A DNA stretch of 64,000 nucleotides from a virus. The notes under the pieces were generated by a model. That model saw nothing but the letters and a program-made list of their open reading frames with translations, did not search any database and was not told the origin of the DNA. A program made the translations under genes and the position numbers. The stretch is from positions 64,001 to 128,000 of IMG/VR virus record IMGVR_UViG_3300026484_000295; one strand, written 5' to 3'. Below are positions 61,473 to 64,000 of this stretch, one piece after another (within the stretch, counting starts at the first letter, position 1; each line of letters begins with the position of its first letter).

Positions 61473-61622
61473 ATTTCTTTCTCCTATTTTCGGTTAATCT
61501 ATTTTTATTTATACACTATTAACCATATTTTTTATTTATTTATTACATTTTTTTAAAAATCATAGATTTTTACTAATAAATAAAATAAATCTATAAATTA
61601 TATAGAAAAAAGGAGATTTTTT

Positions 61623-62405
61623 ATGAGTGTTATCAATCCACTATTACAAAGCCAAGAGCCAACATATTATGATACAGAATTACCATCACACGGTATCCCA
61701 TATGAGGATATTGAAGAAATATTTGAACCGGGAACTATTCACGATGGTATTGTTCAAGTTAGAGCATTAACCACTAAAGATGAACTTATTTGGACAGATC
61801 AAAAATTAGTTGAAGATTTAAAAGCCCCAATAATCATTTTAAAAAATACAGTTTTAGGATTAAAAAAACCAGAATTATTAATTCGGGCTGATGTTGAAGC
61901 TTTATTACTTCAAGCAAGGGTACTGACATATGGTAAAATGACAAAAGTTAGTTGGACTTGTTCGGAATGTTCAAATACCAATGAAATTACAGTAGACTAT
62001 ACAAAACTACCTATCAAAAAATTAAATTCATTCGATGAACTTATGTTAAAATTTAAAAATTATGAAATATTTATGATACCTATCGTATTTAAAGAAGCCG
62101 TAGAAATACAAAAAGTTAATGATAATGATATAGCCGAACAATTAGATAAAATTGTTAGTTGTATTCAACGAGTAAATGTAATCGATCAATCGGGTGAAAA
62201 ACAAACCGTTCAAGATAAACAATTTATAGCTCAATGGGTAGAACAAGTAAATCCTAAAGATTTTAAATATATTATTGACCATTTTACTGAAGTTAATAAA
62301 ATTGGTACTGTATTAGATTTAGACGTTAAATGTGCACATTGCGCTTATAAAGAAAAAACTGATGTCGTGGTGGATATAACCAATTTTTTCTCCGAAGAGG
62401 ATTGA
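61623..62405 (+). CDS. Baseplate hub assembly protein gp26-like
   Basis: LPS.G..Y, VRALTTKDE, D..ALL...R..TYG, C..C...C..C. Confidence 0.8.
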   Translation: MSVINPLLQSQEPTYYDTELPSHGIPYEDIEEIFEPGTIHDGIVQVRALTTKDELIWTDQKLVEDLKAPIIILKNTVLGLKKPELLIRADVEALLLQARVLTYGKMTKVSWTCSECSNTNEITVDYTKLPIKKLNSFDELMLKFKNYEIFMIPIVFKEAVEIQKVNDNDIAEQLDKIVSCIQRVNVIDQSGEKQTVQDKQFIAQWVEQVNPKDFKYIIDHFTEVNKIGTVLDLDVKCAHCAYKEKTDVVVDITNFFSEED

Positions 62406-62620
62406 AAAACTTCACAGAACATGATGTTATTCCAATCCTCAAATCATTAAAAATACAACAAGATAATATTTTATTTGAAATTTGGGCATTAAATTATCAT
62501 ATGAATACTCAACGTAGTGAAACTATGTTGATGACACCTGACGAACGAAAATTTTGGATTGAAGAGTTGATTAAACAACGTGAAAAAGAAAATGAGGAGA
62601 TTAAAAAATCTTCTAAATAG
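62402..62620 (+). CDS. Baseplate hub assembly chaperone gp51-like
   Basis: L.YH.......MTPDERKFWI..L....EKE; follows gp26; TTG start. Confidence 0.65.
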   Translation: MKNFTEHDVIPILKSLKIQQDNILFEIWALNYHMNTQRSETMLMTPDERKFWIEELIKQREKENEEIKKSSK

Positions 62621-62622
62621 TA

Positions 62623-62648
62623 CAACCAAAGAATTTAATCTTTGGTTG
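62623..62648. terminator. Bidirectional terminator hairpin
   Basis: CAACCAAAGA-ATTTAA-TCTTTGGTTG between convergent genes. Confidence 0.7.
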
Positions 62649-62662
62649 GTATGTTAATCATA

Positions 62663-64000
62663 TTAGCTAACTGATATAGGAATTATAAGGTGTTCCATAT
62701 AAGGACTCGGTTTAATTGCTACTAAAGCATTAAGTTTAGATTGTGCTAATACAATCGGTGGATTATATTCTTCCGTTACACTTGCTTCTGCTTCTGCTAA
62801 ACAACTATTAACAACATACGTATTTAAATATGATTGGAAATCATTTTGAATTCTATCCCATAATGCAGGAATACTTAAATCAAATAAATAATTTTTACCA
62901 GCCATTGTTAAATCTCTTACAATTTGTTCAATCATAAGCATTGTTCCCACTTTTTGCATAGGGGATGTTTTATTATAAGTTGTTTTTTGTCCCATAATAT
63001 GAATACCTGTTGTTAGACCTTTAGTAATTGGATTGATACCCATTCCATAAAGTCTGTCTCTCATTACTTGTGATAATTTAATATCTTTAGAAACAGCTAC
63101 AGCATCATAGATTACACCTCTTACTGTTCCTGCAGGAGCATCACAGATTTTACCATTATTAAGTGTTAATGCCATAGATTGTAATGCAGAACCACTTGGT
63201 GGTACAGCTACAACTTTTTTAGTCATAGTATCTAATTTCATAACCCATGGGTAATAAATAGACTCAAATTTAGAATTATGATTGCCACTAATTCTCCAAT
63301 TAATAACTGCTTGAGCTGTTAAATCTGGAGTATCAATAACACAATGGAAATCTCTTCTGCTTTCAGCTAATGAAACCATTTCACCACTAACAGCGCCATA
63401 TTGTGAAAAATAAGGGCACGCTAATGCTTTATAAGCAAATTCTTCAAAGTTTTGAACAGCCCATACACCCGTTTGATGAGCAACAGATCCAGCAATATAC
63501 GGTATCAATTTTTCATCATTTTTATAATCATCTTCCGTAAACATATCAGCTCCACCCATTAATTGGACTGGTTTTTCACTTCCTGTATCTGGATCTATAT
63601 CATTAACTGGATGTGTTAAACCGTTTGCTGGATCTACTGGAGTAGCAATACTAATAAGTACATTTTTAAATGTTAATTGATCAGCTTTATATGATACTGA
63701 TACACCATTTTCAATTTCAACTATATCCGAACCACGCTCTTCATAGATATGAATATTAACTTCATCAATTGAAACATCATAATCAACAGAAACTTGATAG
63801 TTATTACCCCATTCACCTGGAGAAATAGCATCAACTCTAAACGCTTGATTTGCTGGATCTTTCTTAATATTATTCATTTTTTCAATAATTTCAGCAAGTT
63901 TTTCAGCTGCATTAGCAAATTGTACAACAACATTATAATTTCTACCTGTACCTTCTATTGCTGGCAATGTAGCAGGGCCATCTGATACTTGCGGACAATC
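62663..64000 (-). CDS. Tail sheath protein gp18-like, partial (start beyond the right edge)
   Basis: A.SPG.WGN, AESRRD...VID.P, YYPW, VPPSG, APAG..RG, RD.LY..GINPI, GQKT. Confidence 0.93.
   Translation of the reverse strand, partial: DCPQVSDGPATLPAIEGTGRNYNVVVQFANAAEKLAEIIEKMNNIKKDPANQAFRVDAISPGEWGNNYQVSVDYDVSIDEVNIHIYEERGSDIVEIENGVSVSYKADQLTFKNVLISIATPVDPANGLTHPVNDIDPDTGSEKPVQLMGGADMFTEDDYKNDEKLIPYIAGSVAHQTGVWAVQNFEEFAYKALACPYFSQYGAVSGEMVSLAESRRDFHCVIDTPDLTAQAVINWRISGNHNSKFESIYYPWVMKLDTMTKKVVAVPPSGSALQSMALTLNNGKICDAPAGTVRGVIYDAVAVSKDIKLSQVMRDRLYGMGINPITKGLTTGIHIMGQKTTYNKTSPMQKVGTMLMIEQIVRDLTMAGKNYLFDLSIPALWDRIQNDFQSYLNTYVVNSCLAEAEASVTEEYNPPIVLAQSKLNALVAIKPSPYMEHLIIPISVS

Noticed and set aside
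2166-63985. Many short opposite-strand ORFs in the track (e.g. 2166-2402, 15696-16004, 20467-20961, 25478-25978, 31178-31627, 56165-56656)
   Set aside because: They are antisense shadows or alternate frames of long, well-supported genes and show no recognisable motifs.
1-64000. Genome-wide TAG recoding (genetic code 15)
   Set aside because: Large structural genes are uninterrupted in the standard code, and TAG ends plausible genes (21535, 28811, 47826, 62620).

Overview
This AT-rich window comes from a large T4-superfamily myophage (host not determinable from the sequence). Most of it is the virion module. Head genes: major capsid, scaffold, prohead protease, portal, gp4 and gp2. Tail genes: sheath (cut by the right edge), tube and a 2221-aa tape measure protein. 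Baseplate genes: gp6, a giant 2836-aa gp7-like wedge, hub, gp5-like spike and gp26/gp51. Several long fibre-like proteins are also present, and many genes are preceded by T4-type late promoters (TATAAATA). An accessory block at about 7.9-19.9 kb carries nrdA, a CxxC thioredoxin-fold protein, host-like ClpP, a MazG-like pyrophosphatase, a Hef-like endonuclease and half of a type II topoisomerase. The most notable observation is that this topoisomerase half-gene (9623-10855) begins with a 49-aa split-intein C-fragment (…LTHN|SAIA, joining at the EGD/SA motif), and its N-terminal half is not in the window. About 2.5 kb away, a free-standing 76-aa ORF (13389-13619) resembles the middle part of an intein (block B, SxxH) with no extein and no block A. 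Together these suggest a possible naturally three-piece trans-splicing intein. All family calls come from motif recognition by eye; no database searches were run.
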